The translations under genes and the position numbers were made by a program. Below are positions 36,591 to 46,209 of a DNA stretch of 64,000 nucleotides, in pieces. Source of the DNA: Candidatus Aenigmatarchaeota archaeon (GTDB taxonomy: Archaea > Aenigmatarchaeota > Aenigmatarchaeia > PWEA01 > JACQIF01); the NCBI GenBank assembly GCA_016432325.1, contig CP066684.1, forward strand, positions 192,001 to 256,000, in the 5' to 3' direction. How positions within the stretch are numbered: position 1 is the stretch's first letter; each line of letters begins with the position of its first letter. The notes under the pieces are model-generated. The model searched no databases. It saw only the letters and a list, made by a program, of their open reading frames with translations, and was not told the origin of the DNA.

Positions 36591-38717
36591 CTATTTCTTC
36601 TTCAGCCGTTCCGCGTACTCCTTGAGTTCCGCAACGGTCATCTGCAGTTGCTGGTTCTTTATCGCAAGCTCCTTCTTGGCCTCTTCCTTCTCGCGAACGG
36701 CCTCCTCGAGTCTCTCCTTCTCTTTCGTGATTTCCGGAGCTGTCATCTGCATGGCGAGCTTTAGGCTGATAAGCACGCGGTCAAACGCACGGGCAAGGTC
36801 GCCTATTTCGTCTTTCGACATCTTCAGCTTGTCGTCTATCGTAACGTCCGTCTTGCCCTGCGAGAGAGCCTCGACCGTCTGCCTCAGAGCCGCGGTCCGC
36901 GCGCGGAAGCCGTTGTAATAAGAATAAACAATGCTGAACAGCAGCAGGCTGGACGCCACGCCTGCAGCCAATATAAAGAGAGGTATCGCGCTCGCAGTTT
37001 CTGCCGCCGACCCTTTGAATACGACTATCCAATCCCTGCCTGCTACGGGAACGGCGGCAGTTCTCGTGAACACCGGCACCGTGCCAGAGCCGGATTCGTA
37101 GAGCAGGTTCTCCGGCCTGATGGCGCTGTCGTATATCTCTATTCCGACTCCCGGGTTCTCTCCTATCGCGCTTACTATCAAATCTTTCACGATTATCGGC
37201 CCTGAGACGAAACCGGTTATCGCATTGTTCCTTTCTTCAATCGTGGAGGGTTCGCCATCATAGACAGGCACGAATATTACAACATCTTTGAAGGGGACGC
37301 CTGCGACGTCCTGCACGATCGTCAGGGGACCGGTTATCACGGGCTGTCCTGTTTCCAGCGCCTGTTCCAGCGCGCGGCGCCTTGTCGGTTCAGAATAGAC
37401 GTCGTATCCTATCGCCTTTTCGTTGGCTTCGTCAAGAGGCTCCAGGTACGCAACAGGCACGTACGTCTCGCGGTCGCCTGCCGGCGTTACAGAGAATCCG
37501 GAGAGGCCTTCAGAACGCAGGCGCGCGACGAGCTCGTTGCGTTCGACGGCGCCCCGCACGTACGGATCGAACCCTATTCCCTGTATGCCCGGGAGGCGCC
37601 TCTTCAAATCCTGCGTTGCGGCGAACTTGCGCCACTTTGAACTATCCACCTCGACGCCCTCGGCGAACGCCTTGGCGTCTATCATCGCCTGTTCGTAACT
37701 GGCCATCCTCGTTCCGATGGACGATTCCAGTTTTCCGGTAAATGCGTTGAACGAATCGTGCGCGCGGGAAGCTTCTGCGGCGTCAGCGCTCTGCCACACG
37801 ATGAACGTAACTATCAAACCAACGACAAGAATGGCAAACGGCGCCAGCGTAGTCCAAGACGCGCCGACCAACACGTCTTCCTTGCCGCGGAGACGGAAGG
37901 CAATGGTAAGCAGCATAACGGCTAACGCCACGAATGCGCCAGGAATAGCCGTGTCATACCATAGCACCCTGTCACGCCGGATTTTCGCTTCCGCGATATG
38001 CGTCGCTATGCTTTCCTGCGTGTACTCGTTGTGGAACGAGTTCCACGGAGCTATTCTCTCGCCGGTACGGATGTTATAGTAGTAGGCGATCGTGCGGTCC
38101 TCGTACTTGACCAGATAACCGGAAGTCGGCTCTATCCATACCCGAAGGTTTATGTCCAGATTTACTCCGCGGGATTCCGGGACGCCCGGCAGATGGCCGA
38201 GATTGGCCGTCTGGTCTGCACGATAATCAGTCTCGTACCTGTATACCATGAGGCCGTTCAGCGTCTCCTCCCCCTTGAATATCAGATTGGCGGGCTCGTC
38301 GTAGTTGACGTGCCAGTAGACGTAGCCGCTTTTGTCGGCATGGCGCGGGCCGAAGAGATATCCATTGCGAACGCGGTCTCCGGCGTCCGCAACATGGCGT
38401 CCGCTCTTGGCGTCTATGCCGTAGAGGCGCTCCACGGAGAATATCTTCTCTCCGGTAGGCTTGCGCACGTTGAAGTTGTTTTTTATCGTGCGCACGTCTC
38501 CCTTGCTCGAGACGGTTTCGTAGGAGAACCGCGTCACAGAGCCGACCTTTCCATTATATGCGTCTGTTTCTTCATTGTAGAAATTGTCCGTCGACGCGAC
38601 GTCCGCGGAATAATGGAAGTTGTTCTGTATTTCAAGGGCTTCTGGCGTGACTGCGAAAGTCCACGCCAGCGCGACAGCCGCGAATATCGCGGCCGCGAAA
38701 ATCAGAGTCTTTTGCAA
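36591..38717 (-). CDS. membrane sensor: DUF3068-like extracellular domain, CHASE, HAMP and coiled coil; no catalytic output domain
   Basis: WIEPTSG; YVPVAYLEP...NEKAIGYD..SEPTRRRAL..A (CHASE); DEIGDLARAFD (HAMP). Confidence 0.8.
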   Translation of the reverse strand: MQKTLIFAAAIFAAVALAWTFAVTPEALEIQNNFHYSADVASTDNFYNEETDAYNGKVGSVTRFSYETVSSKGDVRTIKNNFNVRKPTGEKIFSVERLYGIDAKSGRHVADAGDRVRNGYLFGPRHADKSGYVYWHVNYDEPANLIFKGEETLNGLMVYRYETDYRADQTANLGHLPGVPESRGVNLDINLRVWIEPTSGYLVKYEDRTIAYYYNIRTGERIAPWNSFHNEYTQESIATHIAEAKIRRDRVLWYDTAIPGAFVALAVMLLTIAFRLRGKEDVLVGASWTTLAPFAILVVGLIVTFIVWQSADAAEASRAHDSFNAFTGKLESSIGTRMASYEQAMIDAKAFAEGVEVDSSKWRKFAATQDLKRRLPGIQGIGFDPYVRGAVERNELVARLRSEGLSGFSVTPAGDRETYVPVAYLEPLDEANEKAIGYDVYSEPTRRRALEQALETGQPVITGPLTIVQDVAGVPFKDVVIFVPVYDGEPSTIEERNNAITGFVSGPIIVKDLIVSAIGENPGVGIEIYDSAIRPENLLYESGSGTVPVFTRTAAVPVAGRDWIVVFKGSAAETASAIPLFILAAGVASSLLLFSIVYSYYNGFRARTAALRQTVEALSQGKTDVTIDDKLKMSKDEIGDLARAFDRVLISLKLAMQMTAPEITKEKERLEEAVREKEEAKKELAIKNQQLQMTVAELKEYAERLKKK

Positions 38718-38755
38718 TCCATCACCTTGTCAGTGGTCGGGGCAAAGGAAACAAC

Positions 38756-40480
38756 CTAAGTCTTGAGGAATTTCCCAACGATGTCGCCTTCGCCGACGGC
38801 GTGTTCGCCCTTGAGGATGCGTCGCACGCTGTCCTTGAACTGGGCGGCGGAAGCGCTTGTCATCACGCCTTTCTTCGACAGGCCGTCTATGTAGGACTCT
38901 ATGTTTTCGAGCGTGAGGCCCTTCTTCGCAACCTCGGCATATGACTGGGTTCCCATGGGGCCTATGGCCTTTGAGAATGCGGTCTGCAGCTCCTCCTCCA
39001 CGGTCGCCGACACCTTTCGCGTAGAGCCGCTGAGGACTCCTTCATATCCGCTGAGAGCCGGTCCTATGACGTATCCGTCGTCCCCTATTGAAAATGTCCG
39101 CAACCCCTTGCTGTGGGCCGTTCCGCGCACCTTGATTATGGAAAGTACGTGACGCAGCTCGCCGGAGATCTCAACGAACCTGAGAGAGATTATGTTGTCG
39201 AGCATGGTGGAGATGTTGGCCTCTGTGAGTTTCGACGTTCCCACGAGCTCGGACGTTGCCACAGTGAAACACGCGGCCACGCCCTTCTGTTTCATGAGGC
39301 TGTTCAGCCTGCGGGCAAAGTCCACGAAATGCCTCTGGGGGAAAGAGGCTTCGAACGCCGACAGGGAGTCGACAACGCATCTCTTGACGCCGCGCTCTTC
39401 CATAATCTTCTTTATGTCGGCCAGGTGCTCCTCGGGCATCATCTCGCCCGGATACAGAGTGCGTATCGTGAGGAGTCCGCGGCGCTCGTACTCCGCAAAG
39501 TCCCATCCGAGGCTTCTGGCGTTCCTGATTATCTGGTCCCTGCTCTCCTCGAATCCCGCGTAGAGGCAGGGCTCTCCCTTGGCGACGCCTTCATTAACGA
39601 ACTGCATGCACAGAACGGTCTTTCCGGTGCCTGTGGGCCCGGAGACGAGTGTTGTGGAGCCGCGGAATACCCCGCCTAGAAGCATGGCGTCAAGCTCTTC
39701 CGAACCGGTGGAAACGCGTTCTGTGCTGGCCTGATATAGAAGAGTCGTGCGCAGCTTCGGGAAGATGATGATTCCGTTCTTGGTTATGCGGAACGACATC
39801 TCTTCCTCGTCGTAGCCGCGGCCTCTTACCTTGACTATGCCGACGGTCCTGTAAGGGCCGGTTTCCATCGCCGCGTGGTCCAGCACGAGTATTACGTCAG
39901 AGATGAACTCCTCCACGCCGTGGACGGACAGTCTGGACTTCTCCGTTATCTCGCCTGTCATCACTGTCGTGCAGCCGAGCGCCGCGAGCGACGTGCCAAG
40001 CTCGAAGATGAACTTGCGTATCTCGGCCTTGCTGTCAAGTCCGTACGTTATCGCAGTCATTGAGTCGATGCACAGGCGCTTGGCGTTGTTTTCTTTGACA
40101 TGCTTTTCCAAAAAAGCGATTACTTCGTCCGTTTTGAAGACGTCCGCGGCGCTCAGCAAAGAACGCATGTCGAGTATCTTTACCTTCTCCTGCTCGAGGA
40201 CGCTCCTGTCGTAAAAGGACAGCGTCTCGAGATTCTTCACGGACTTGAAGAGCGGTTCGGTGAGCGTGACGTAAACGCCGTTCTCGCCGTTCTTCGCGCC
40301 TTCGAAGAGCCACTGGAAGGAGAATACGGTCTTCCCGGTGCCTGAAGTGCCGGCCAAGAGCACGGCCGATTCCTTCGGGAAGCCTCCTCCCAGCACGCGG
40401 TCCAGTTCGACGATGCCTGTCGGGGAACTTTCCGAGACAGGCTCGGGTTTAGGAAACGAAGGTTTCTTCGGGGCCGGCAT
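38756..40480 (-). CDS. kaiC: double-domain KaiC family ATPase with C-terminal extension
   Basis: GTSGTGKT and GPTGTGKT, FEES, VEEFISD, ISTMLD (S-T phosphosite pair), KVRG twice. Confidence 0.9.
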   Translation of the reverse strand: MPAPKKPSFPKPEPVSESSPTGIVELDRVLGGGFPKESAVLLAGTSGTGKTVFSFQWLFEGAKNGENGVYVTLTEPLFKSVKNLETLSFYDRSVLEQEKVKILDMRSLLSAADVFKTDEVIAFLEKHVKENNAKRLCIDSMTAITYGLDSKAEIRKFIFELGTSLAALGCTTVMTGEITEKSRLSVHGVEEFISDVILVLDHAAMETGPYRTVGIVKVRGRGYDEEEMSFRITKNGIIIFPKLRTTLLYQASTERVSTGSEELDAMLLGGVFRGSTTLVSGPTGTGKTVLCMQFVNEGVAKGEPCLYAGFEESRDQIIRNARSLGWDFAEYERRGLLTIRTLYPGEMMPEEHLADIKKIMEERGVKRCVVDSLSAFEASFPQRHFVDFARRLNSLMKQKGVAACFTVATSELVGTSKLTEANISTMLDNIISLRFVEISGELRHVLSIIKVRGTAHSKGLRTFSIGDDGYVIGPALSGYEGVLSGSTRKVSATVEEELQTAFSKAIGPMGTQSYAEVAKKGLTLENIESYIDGLSKKGVMTSASAAQFKDSVRRILKGEHAVGEGDIVGKFLKT

Positions 40481-40566
40481 ACGTTGCTATCCTCGCGACC
40501 CGTTATTAAAGGTTTAACGCGGGCGCGGTAAACTTAAAATGGCGGTTTTAAAGGTTTTGGCTGGCC

Positions 40567-40893
40567 CTAGTGGAGGTTTCTTTTGGCAGTTTCCAGGAAC
40601 TCCACCAGCTTCTCGTCCGAGTCCACGTATGTCCATGCGACGTTCATGGCCTTCGTGAGCGCCGCGAGCTCGCGTTCTATGACGCGGCGCGTGACTTCGT
40701 CGTCACTGACAAGCACGTGGACGCATTTGTCGTCTATCAGCGCCGCGGGCCCGTTGTCGTCTTCGGGGTTCATCGACGCTACCGTCAGGACGATGTCACC
40801 GTCCTCATTGACGAGGTCTATGGAATCCGCAGGAAGCTCTCCGAGAGGCCACACCTTTATACTCCTGAGATTCTCGTCTCCGTGGAGGCTCAT
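40567..40893 (-). CDS. hypothetical acidic protein
   Basis: ORF co-oriented upstream of kaiC. Confidence 0.55.
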   Translation of the reverse strand: MSLHGDENLRSIKVWPLGELPADSIDLVNEDGDIVLTVASMNPEDDNGPAALIDDKCVHVLVSDDEVTRRVIERELAALTKAMNVAWTYVDSDEKLVEFLETAKRNLH

Positions 40894-40979
40894 AGTGTGT
40901 TTGCGCGTCCAAAAGATATAACCCGGACGCCGGAAAAGATATTTATTGACAAGCTTGCGAATTTCAGTCCAGTCGGCCG

Positions 40980-41618
40980 GTGTTTTGTGTGGTATTCTTT
41001 CCCCTGCGCGATGAAGGCGGCTCAGGAGGCGACTGGGTCAACAAGGGAATCATTATTCTGTGCGTCTTGATATTTCTCGCCACGCTTCCTATACACGACT
41101 ACGTCGTCGGCAACTTCGGCGTCGTTCCTGTCGAGGTCGCGGCAGGCGCGTCGCTCCTAACGTTACTGACGTCGATGTTCCTGCACGGAGGCTTCGTGCA
41201 CCTTCTGGGCAACATGTGGTATCTGTGGATATTCGGCGACAATGTCGAGCGCTCGATGGGCCACGCGCGTTACGCGGCGTTCTACCTTCTGGTCGGTCTG
41301 GCCGGTTCGCTCGCTCACATCGCGTCTGACCCAACGTCTACCATTCCAACCATAGGCGCGTCCGGCGCCATTTCAGGCGTGCTCGGCGCGTATCTTCTCC
41401 TGCACCCGCACAACAGGATAGACGCGATAACGACGATGGGCGTTCTCGCTCACGTGCAGATAAACGCCAAGTGGGTAATCGGTGCGTGGTTCGTCATACA
41501 GCTGTTCTTCTCCGGGTTCTCGCTGCTCGGCGCTGAAACGGGCGTGGCGTATCTGGCGCACGTCGGAGGATTCGTCGCGGGTTACGCGCTGGCGAGGCTG
41601 TTCGTTAAGAGGGTTTGA
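40980..41618 (+). CDS. rhomboid intramembrane serine protease
   Basis: FLHGGFVHLLGNM, GASG, AHVGG. Confidence 0.93.
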   Translation: MFCVVFFPLRDEGGSGGDWVNKGIIILCVLIFLATLPIHDYVVGNFGVVPVEVAAGASLLTLLTSMFLHGGFVHLLGNMWYLWIFGDNVERSMGHARYAAFYLLVGLAGSLAHIASDPTSTIPTIGASGAISGVLGAYLLLHPHNRIDAITTMGVLAHVQINAKWVIGAWFVIQLFFSGFSLLGAETGVAYLAHVGGFVAGYALARLFVKRV

Positions 41619-42162
41619 ATTTGGTCAGGTCGGTGGCTGATATGGATTCTTTGTAGTTCCAATTCCTGAGGATTTCATCCAGAGCCCTTACGACTTCCGT
41701 ATCCACAACGCGGCCCATTCTTAATACGGGCGCATAGCGGTTGCTTACACTTGCGGATGGAAACTCCTTGCCGGCCTCTTCCATAAAATCTACTATCGGC
41801 TTGGTTGGTATGATTGTTGTGCCGTAAGTGTAGTCGCTCAGGCGGCGCGTTCGCGCACCACACCCCTTGAGGGCCTCGCGGGCTGTCATGTAGTCCGTGA
41901 CGTCTGACCACGGTCTGACATACTCCTTGCCTCCCGCCTTGAAAATCTTGCCTGTCAGCGCATACGCTGTGAATCCGTCTGCCTTTTCTTCGTTTGTAAT
42001 AAGGTACACTGGCTTCTCTGACGCCATACCCACTGTGACGACAGCTGCCGCCTCGAGAAGCATGCGCTGTGCCGCCGGCGCAACGAGAAGTTCGCCGTCA
42101 GGCGCTATTCGTTCGTCCTTCGGCACAAGCCATTTGGCGTCTTTTCCGCGCGCCTTCTTCAT
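41605..42162 (-). CDS. hypothetical protein
   Basis: ORF with upstream TATA-like box. Confidence 0.5.
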   Translation of the reverse strand: MKKARGKDAKWLVPKDERIAPDGELLVAPAAQRMLLEAAAVVTVGMASEKPVYLITNEEKADGFTAYALTGKIFKAGGKEYVRPWSDVTDYMTAREALKGCGARTRRLSDYTYGTTIIPTKPIVDFMEEAGKEFPSASVSNRYAPVLRMGRVVDTEVVRALDEILRNWNYKESISATDLTKFKPS

Positions 42163-42194
42163 ACATTGTCATTTCTGGCAATCTTTAAATAGCG

Positions 42195-42476
42195 CTACAG
42201 CCAGCTCACGCGCGCCCCGCACTCACAAACTTTCTTGTCCGTCAGCGAACCACAGGAAGGGCACGAAGCGATGCGCACCGTCCGCACGTGGAACCTGCCT
42301 TTGAAGAATATTCTGGAGATTGCGTAAGCCGTTGCAAGCAGGCCTATGAGGGCCAGCCCGACGATTAACCCCGCTCCCAAAAGGGCAACCCCGAGAATGG
42401 CCAGAGCTACCAGACCAACGACGGACAATATTCTGTTCGCGGCGTCCTTGACTGCGCGCATGGATGGAATTGCCAT
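42195..42476 (-). CDS. small membrane protein with C-terminal Zn ribbon
   Basis: Long hydrophobic stretch plus CPSCG...CECG. Confidence 0.55.
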   Translation of the reverse strand: MAIPSMRAVKDAANRILSVVGLVALAILGVALLGAGLIVGLALIGLLATAYAISRIFFKGRFHVRTVRIASCPSCGSLTDKKVCECGARVSWL

Positions 42477-42520
42477 CTCAATCTTAAATAAGTTGCTGGT
42501 TCTTGACGTGTGGGCGTAAT

Positions 42521-42883
42521 ATGGCAAAGGACGATGCGAGGAAGCCGACTAGGACAAAAGACGTAATCTTCCACTTTGACCGCGGAGCCGTGCGCGGCGG
42601 GTTCGGCAACATGGTCTCCGCGCTGCCCCCGGAGCTCAGGGACGGCCACACGCCTCTTCTCGTGGACCGCTCCGGCTTCGGCGCCTACGTCGGTTCCTAC
42701 AGGCTGCCGGCCGCGCTGGTCGTCGAAACGAGGGAGAAGGCCGCAGGCCTCGAACCCCTGTTCGCACCCAATGGCATAGGACTCTACTATCTGGACTCGA
42801 AAGGCAACATAGTCTGTTACAGTAAGGCGTCCGCCCGGCCGGAAGAGACAAAGGAAAGAAAGCGCGTTCTGGGCCTGTTTTAA
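42521..42883 (+). CDS. hypothetical protein
   Basis: ORF after TTAAATAA box. Confidence 0.5.
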   Translation: MAKDDARKPTRTKDVIFHFDRGAVRGGFGNMVSALPPELRDGHTPLLVDRSGFGAYVGSYRLPAALVVETREKAAGLEPLFAPNGIGLYYLDSKGNIVCYSKASARPEETKERKRVLGLF

Positions 42884-42907
42884 TAATAGAGCGCATGATA
42901 TAGTCTC

Positions 42908-43315
42908 ATGCAAGTCTTGCCGATGGTGTTCGTGCTGGTTATCGTGTCCGGTTGCGTCAACGGCGAGGACTTTCGCGCGGGCCTGAACGTTCTCATCGGC
43001 GCGCCTGAAGAGAAGGAAAACGTTGAACAGACAGTGGCCTGCCTGGGAGTCTCTTTCGACGTGAACTCCGCGAGATGGTCTGGTACAGAACTTGACGTAA
43101 CGGTTGAGAACACGGGAAGCGACGATTTGGAAGGTTTCACGATAATGGCGTCCTCGTCTCGAGGAACGGTCACGACAACCACGGATGAGTTCATCCCCGC
43201 GGGCGGGCTGGAAACAATCGCGGTCGTTACGAGCGACATGCCCGATAACGTAACGGTCTATCACACGCCGTGCCCCGATTATAGGAAGAGCACAACAACA
43301 ATTCTAGCGGAATAA
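42908..43315 (+). CDS. small lipoprotein-like beta-sandwich surface protein
   Basis: IVSGC signal, VENTG motif, Cys pair. Confidence 0.55.
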   Translation: MQVLPMVFVLVIVSGCVNGEDFRAGLNVLIGAPEEKENVEQTVACLGVSFDVNSARWSGTELDVTVENTGSDDLEGFTIMASSSRGTVTTTTDEFIPAGGLETIAVVTSDMPDNVTVYHTPCPDYRKSTTTILAE

Positions 43316-43407
43316 TGAAACAGCGGTTTCAACAGCCGCTTGCTAGCGGCATAACGGCAACCTGTAACTGAGGTTCCAGTAGCCGTTATTCTAGCGGCAT
43401 AACGGCA
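43301..43407. repeat. short tandem duplication (39/48 bp spacing) with GAAAC/GTTTC hairpins
   Basis: CTAGCGG(C/A)ATAA at 43304, 43343 and 43391; hairpin 43316-43331 and degenerate copy 43361-43379. Confidence 0.75.
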
Positions 43408-43469
43408 TGCTCTCCTTGGCTCAGCTCTTTTTATCCCCCTGAGAATCTCGTGTTGCCCAAAGTGTGCAT

Positions 43470-43487
43470 TTGAAACCGCGGTTTCAA
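43470..43487. repeat. perfect 18-bp palindrome TTGAAACCGCGGTTTCAA
   Basis: Read directly from sequence. Confidence 0.8.
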
Positions 43488-43529
43488 TGGTCGCCTGTCA
43501 GCGGCAGGGTGTGTTATTGAGCGACAGAG

Positions 43530-44147
43530 GTGCCGGATATGAAAACATTGGTAATGGAAAACGGAAAGGTATGGGTGGGAGCGCCCAAACTCGAGCGCGT
43601 GATGGGAATAGAGCACGGTTTAATCGTGCTTCGCTCGCGCGACAAACGCCTGCTTCACAGGCTGGCCGCCACGGCGCTCCTGAAGAACCGTGACGCGGAC
43701 GCGAAGACGTTCTACCTCTACGCCGCGCCTGACTTCCTGAACGCGTACGCGGAGTTCATAACCAAGGCTTCACAGGACCTGGGAATAGACTGGGAGACGC
43801 TCATGCAAACCGCGCATTTTTCGAACTTTTCCACAGAAAGCCCGACAAAGATGGAGGAGCAGTGGATGCGCGTCGAAGAGAATGCCGAGGACACGAGGCT
43901 CGTCGTCCTGGATTCCGTGGGGTATCACGCCGGACGGGACGCGTATCTCGTGGACAGGCTAAACCGTCTCTGCTATTACAAGAATGCGATTGGACTGGTC
44001 CTTGATTCGTCTGAGGAGCCCAACCCGACACTTGAGCGGCTGGCGAGCGTTGTTGTTGACCTGAACGCACGGGACCATGGCGGCATAGAGGTTTTCCTCA
44101 GAAAGCATCCAAGGCTGCCGCAGACCATATTTTTGATGAGCGGTTAG
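43530..44147 (+). CDS. degenerate RecA/RadB-fold protein (no Walker A)
   Basis: VGAPKLERVMGIEHG resembles TG...LD..LGG; RLVVLDS Walker-B-like; LRKHP end. Confidence 0.5.
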   Translation: MPDMKTLVMENGKVWVGAPKLERVMGIEHGLIVLRSRDKRLLHRLAATALLKNRDADAKTFYLYAAPDFLNAYAEFITKASQDLGIDWETLMQTAHFSNFSTESPTKMEEQWMRVEENAEDTRLVVLDSVGYHAGRDAYLVDRLNRLCYYKNAIGLVLDSSEEPNPTLERLASVVVDLNARDHGGIEVFLRKHPRLPQTIFLMSG

Positions 44148-44455
44148 GCGTCAAAAGGAACGTAGCCGACGAAACGGCCTCCTTCGGGAAGCACCTCTCT
44201 TATCCTCTTTTTATGTTCTGCAAGAACGATCCCTCTCCTCACGATATGAGGGTGTATTTTCAATGGCGATTCCTTCAGAGCATCTGTAATGCCCGCCTCT
44301 ATAGTCTCGTATTCGACGGGCTTGGGATCTTTCGCGTATCGTTGCCTCACTATCTCGTCTACGTACTGCCAAACCGGCTTCTCTACGAAGTTTTTGCCGG
44401 GCACGCCTCTCCTGCTCATATCCCTGCCTTGCATCATGGCCTGTTTGGGCGGCAT
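44144..44455 (-). CDS. hypothetical protein, possibly wHTH
   Basis: ORF only. Confidence 0.45.
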   Translation of the reverse strand: MPPKQAMMQGRDMSRRGVPGKNFVEKPVWQYVDEIVRQRYAKDPKPVEYETIEAGITDALKESPLKIHPHIVRRGIVLAEHKKRIREVLPEGGRFVGYVPFDA

Positions 44456-44487
44456 AACGATTTAAAGCACGGCTCCGCACATTGGGC

Positions 44488-44697
44488 ATGCCTTCCAAAG
44501 ACGATATCAAAAAGACGATTGAAGACCTGAGAGGAATTCTGCAGCGCAACATCCCCGATGATGACAAGAGCGTATTGCGCGGAGTGATCGACTCGCTGGA
44601 GGACTTTCTCAAGATACCGTATGACGAAGAAGGCTCTCCGTTCCAGCAGAAGAAGCATTACGGAACGATTTACAAGAAGAGAGTTGGTAAAATATAA
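44488..44697 (+). CDS. small hypothetical protein
   Basis: ORF after TTTAAA box. Confidence 0.5.
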   Translation: MPSKDDIKKTIEDLRGILQRNIPDDDKSVLRGVIDSLEDFLKIPYDEEGSPFQQKKHYGTIYKKRVGKI

Positions 44698-44733
44698 CAC
44701 GACTATTTTAACAGGCTCGACCAACTCTTACGC

Positions 44734-45621
44734 ATGCTCGCATCCCGCGGCAAGCCCGACTGGCTCAAGATACGCGCGCCTACTGATACTAAGAAGTTCG
44801 ACCACATAAAGTCCACGTTAAGAAAGCACGGTTTGCACACCGTTTGTGAAGAGTCCCACTGCCCGAACGTGCCGGACTGCTGGGCGAACGAAGGAACGGC
44901 CACGTTCATGGTTCTCGGCGACGAGTGCACGCGAGGATGCAAGTTCTGCAACGTCAAGACACGCTGGTCGGCGAAGCCGCCGGACGCCGACGAACCTCAA
45001 AAACTGGCGCGCGCGGTTGCAGAAATCGGGCTGGACTATATCGTGATAACGAGTGTCGATCGCGACGACCTCAAAGACCAGGGCTCTGCGCATTTCGCCG
45101 CGTGCATCCGCGCCGTCAAGGCGCTCGCACCAGAGATGCTCGTCGAGGTCCTGACGCCTGATTTCCGCGGCGATAGGGAATGCATAAGAACCGTGGTGGA
45201 AGCGAACCCGAATGTCTATGCGCATAACATCGAAACCGTCAGAAGGCTGCAGAGTACGGCACGCGATAAGCGCGCCGGCTACGAACAGTCGCTTGGCGTA
45301 CTGCGCTACATCAAAGACCTCAATCCGAAAATCTATACAAAATCCTCGATAATCGTGGGCTTCGGCGAAACTCAGGAAGAAGTTCTTCAAACCATGGACG
45401 ACCTGCGCGCGTCGCGCGTCGACATCCTGACTATCGGCCAGTACCTGAGACCGAGTGAGTGGCACTTGCCCGTAACGGAATACGTCAAGCCCGAAGTCTT
45501 CGAACTCTACAAGCAGGAGGCTCTGAGGAGGGGCTTCCTGTTCGTTGCCGCGGGACCGTTCGTCCGTTCTTCATACAAGGCAGGCGAGCTGTTCATAAAG
45601 CATGCGCTGCAAAAAGCATAA
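44734..45621 (+). CDS. lipA: lipoyl synthase
   Basis: CEESHCPNVPDC, CTRGCKFC, VDRDDL, RSSY. Confidence 0.96.
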   Translation: MLASRGKPDWLKIRAPTDTKKFDHIKSTLRKHGLHTVCEESHCPNVPDCWANEGTATFMVLGDECTRGCKFCNVKTRWSAKPPDADEPQKLARAVAEIGLDYIVITSVDRDDLKDQGSAHFAACIRAVKALAPEMLVEVLTPDFRGDRECIRTVVEANPNVYAHNIETVRRLQSTARDKRAGYEQSLGVLRYIKDLNPKIYTKSSIIVGFGETQEEVLQTMDDLRASRVDILTIGQYLRPSEWHLPVTEYVKPEVFELYKQEALRRGFLFVAAGPFVRSSYKAGELFIKHALQKA

Positions 45622-45651
45622 CTTTATTACGACGAACGGCGTTCTCTTTCA

Positions 45652-45858
45652 ATGATGGTAGAGTTGGGCGTACTTGTGAAAGGCTACAAAGATCCTGCGA
45701 AAGGCACGCTTCTGGAAACACATGGATGCGGTTGCAACAGGTGGGAAGCCGGACGAGGATTCTGTCACGAACATTGGACCGGCGGCTATTTCGCGGGGTT
45801 AGAAGACGCGGAACACAAAAGGACGGACCTCCGCGTCACGCGGGTCGGCGGTCTGTGA
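45652..45858 (+). CDS. small Cys/His-containing hypothetical protein
   Basis: CGC...FCHEH. Confidence 0.4.
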   Translation: MMVELGVLVKGYKDPAKGTLLETHGCGCNRWEAGRGFCHEHWTGGYFAGLEDAEHKRTDLRVTRVGGL

Positions 45859-45911
45859 ACGACTCCTGACGAAGAGTCGCCTTGAAATATCTTATATCAC
45901 ATAAACAGTCC

Positions 45912-46175
45912 ATGTCTTGGTACGTCATGGTCGTCAACAACGGCGGCACCTACGCCACGCTCATGGGGGCGGACGACAGGTTCTACGAAGGTCTGAGGAA
46001 GCGCACAGAAGCCAGCGGGACAGAGGTGATGGGCGCGCGGACCGGTGTTCCGGATTCGCATATAGACGAACTCGGCCACGAGTGCAACACGATTGTGAAG
46101 CGTCTCGAGGACGGCGAGCACGTGGACGTGGCAAGCGAACTGGCTCGTTTCGATGTCGTAGAGCCGCTGTACTGA
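45912..46175 (+). CDS. hypothetical protein
   Basis: ORF after CTTATAT box. Confidence 0.45.
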   Translation: MSWYVMVVNNGGTYATLMGADDRFYEGLRKRTEASGTEVMGARTGVPDSHIDELGHECNTIVKRLEDGEHVDVASELARFDVVEPLY

Positions 46176-46209
46176 GAACCTTTTTATTCCAGACAAAGGA
46201 ACTTGAGTT

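Noticed and set aside
38756-40480. Cyanobacterial-type circadian clock
   Set aside because: No kaiA or kaiB in the window; the neighbours are sensors
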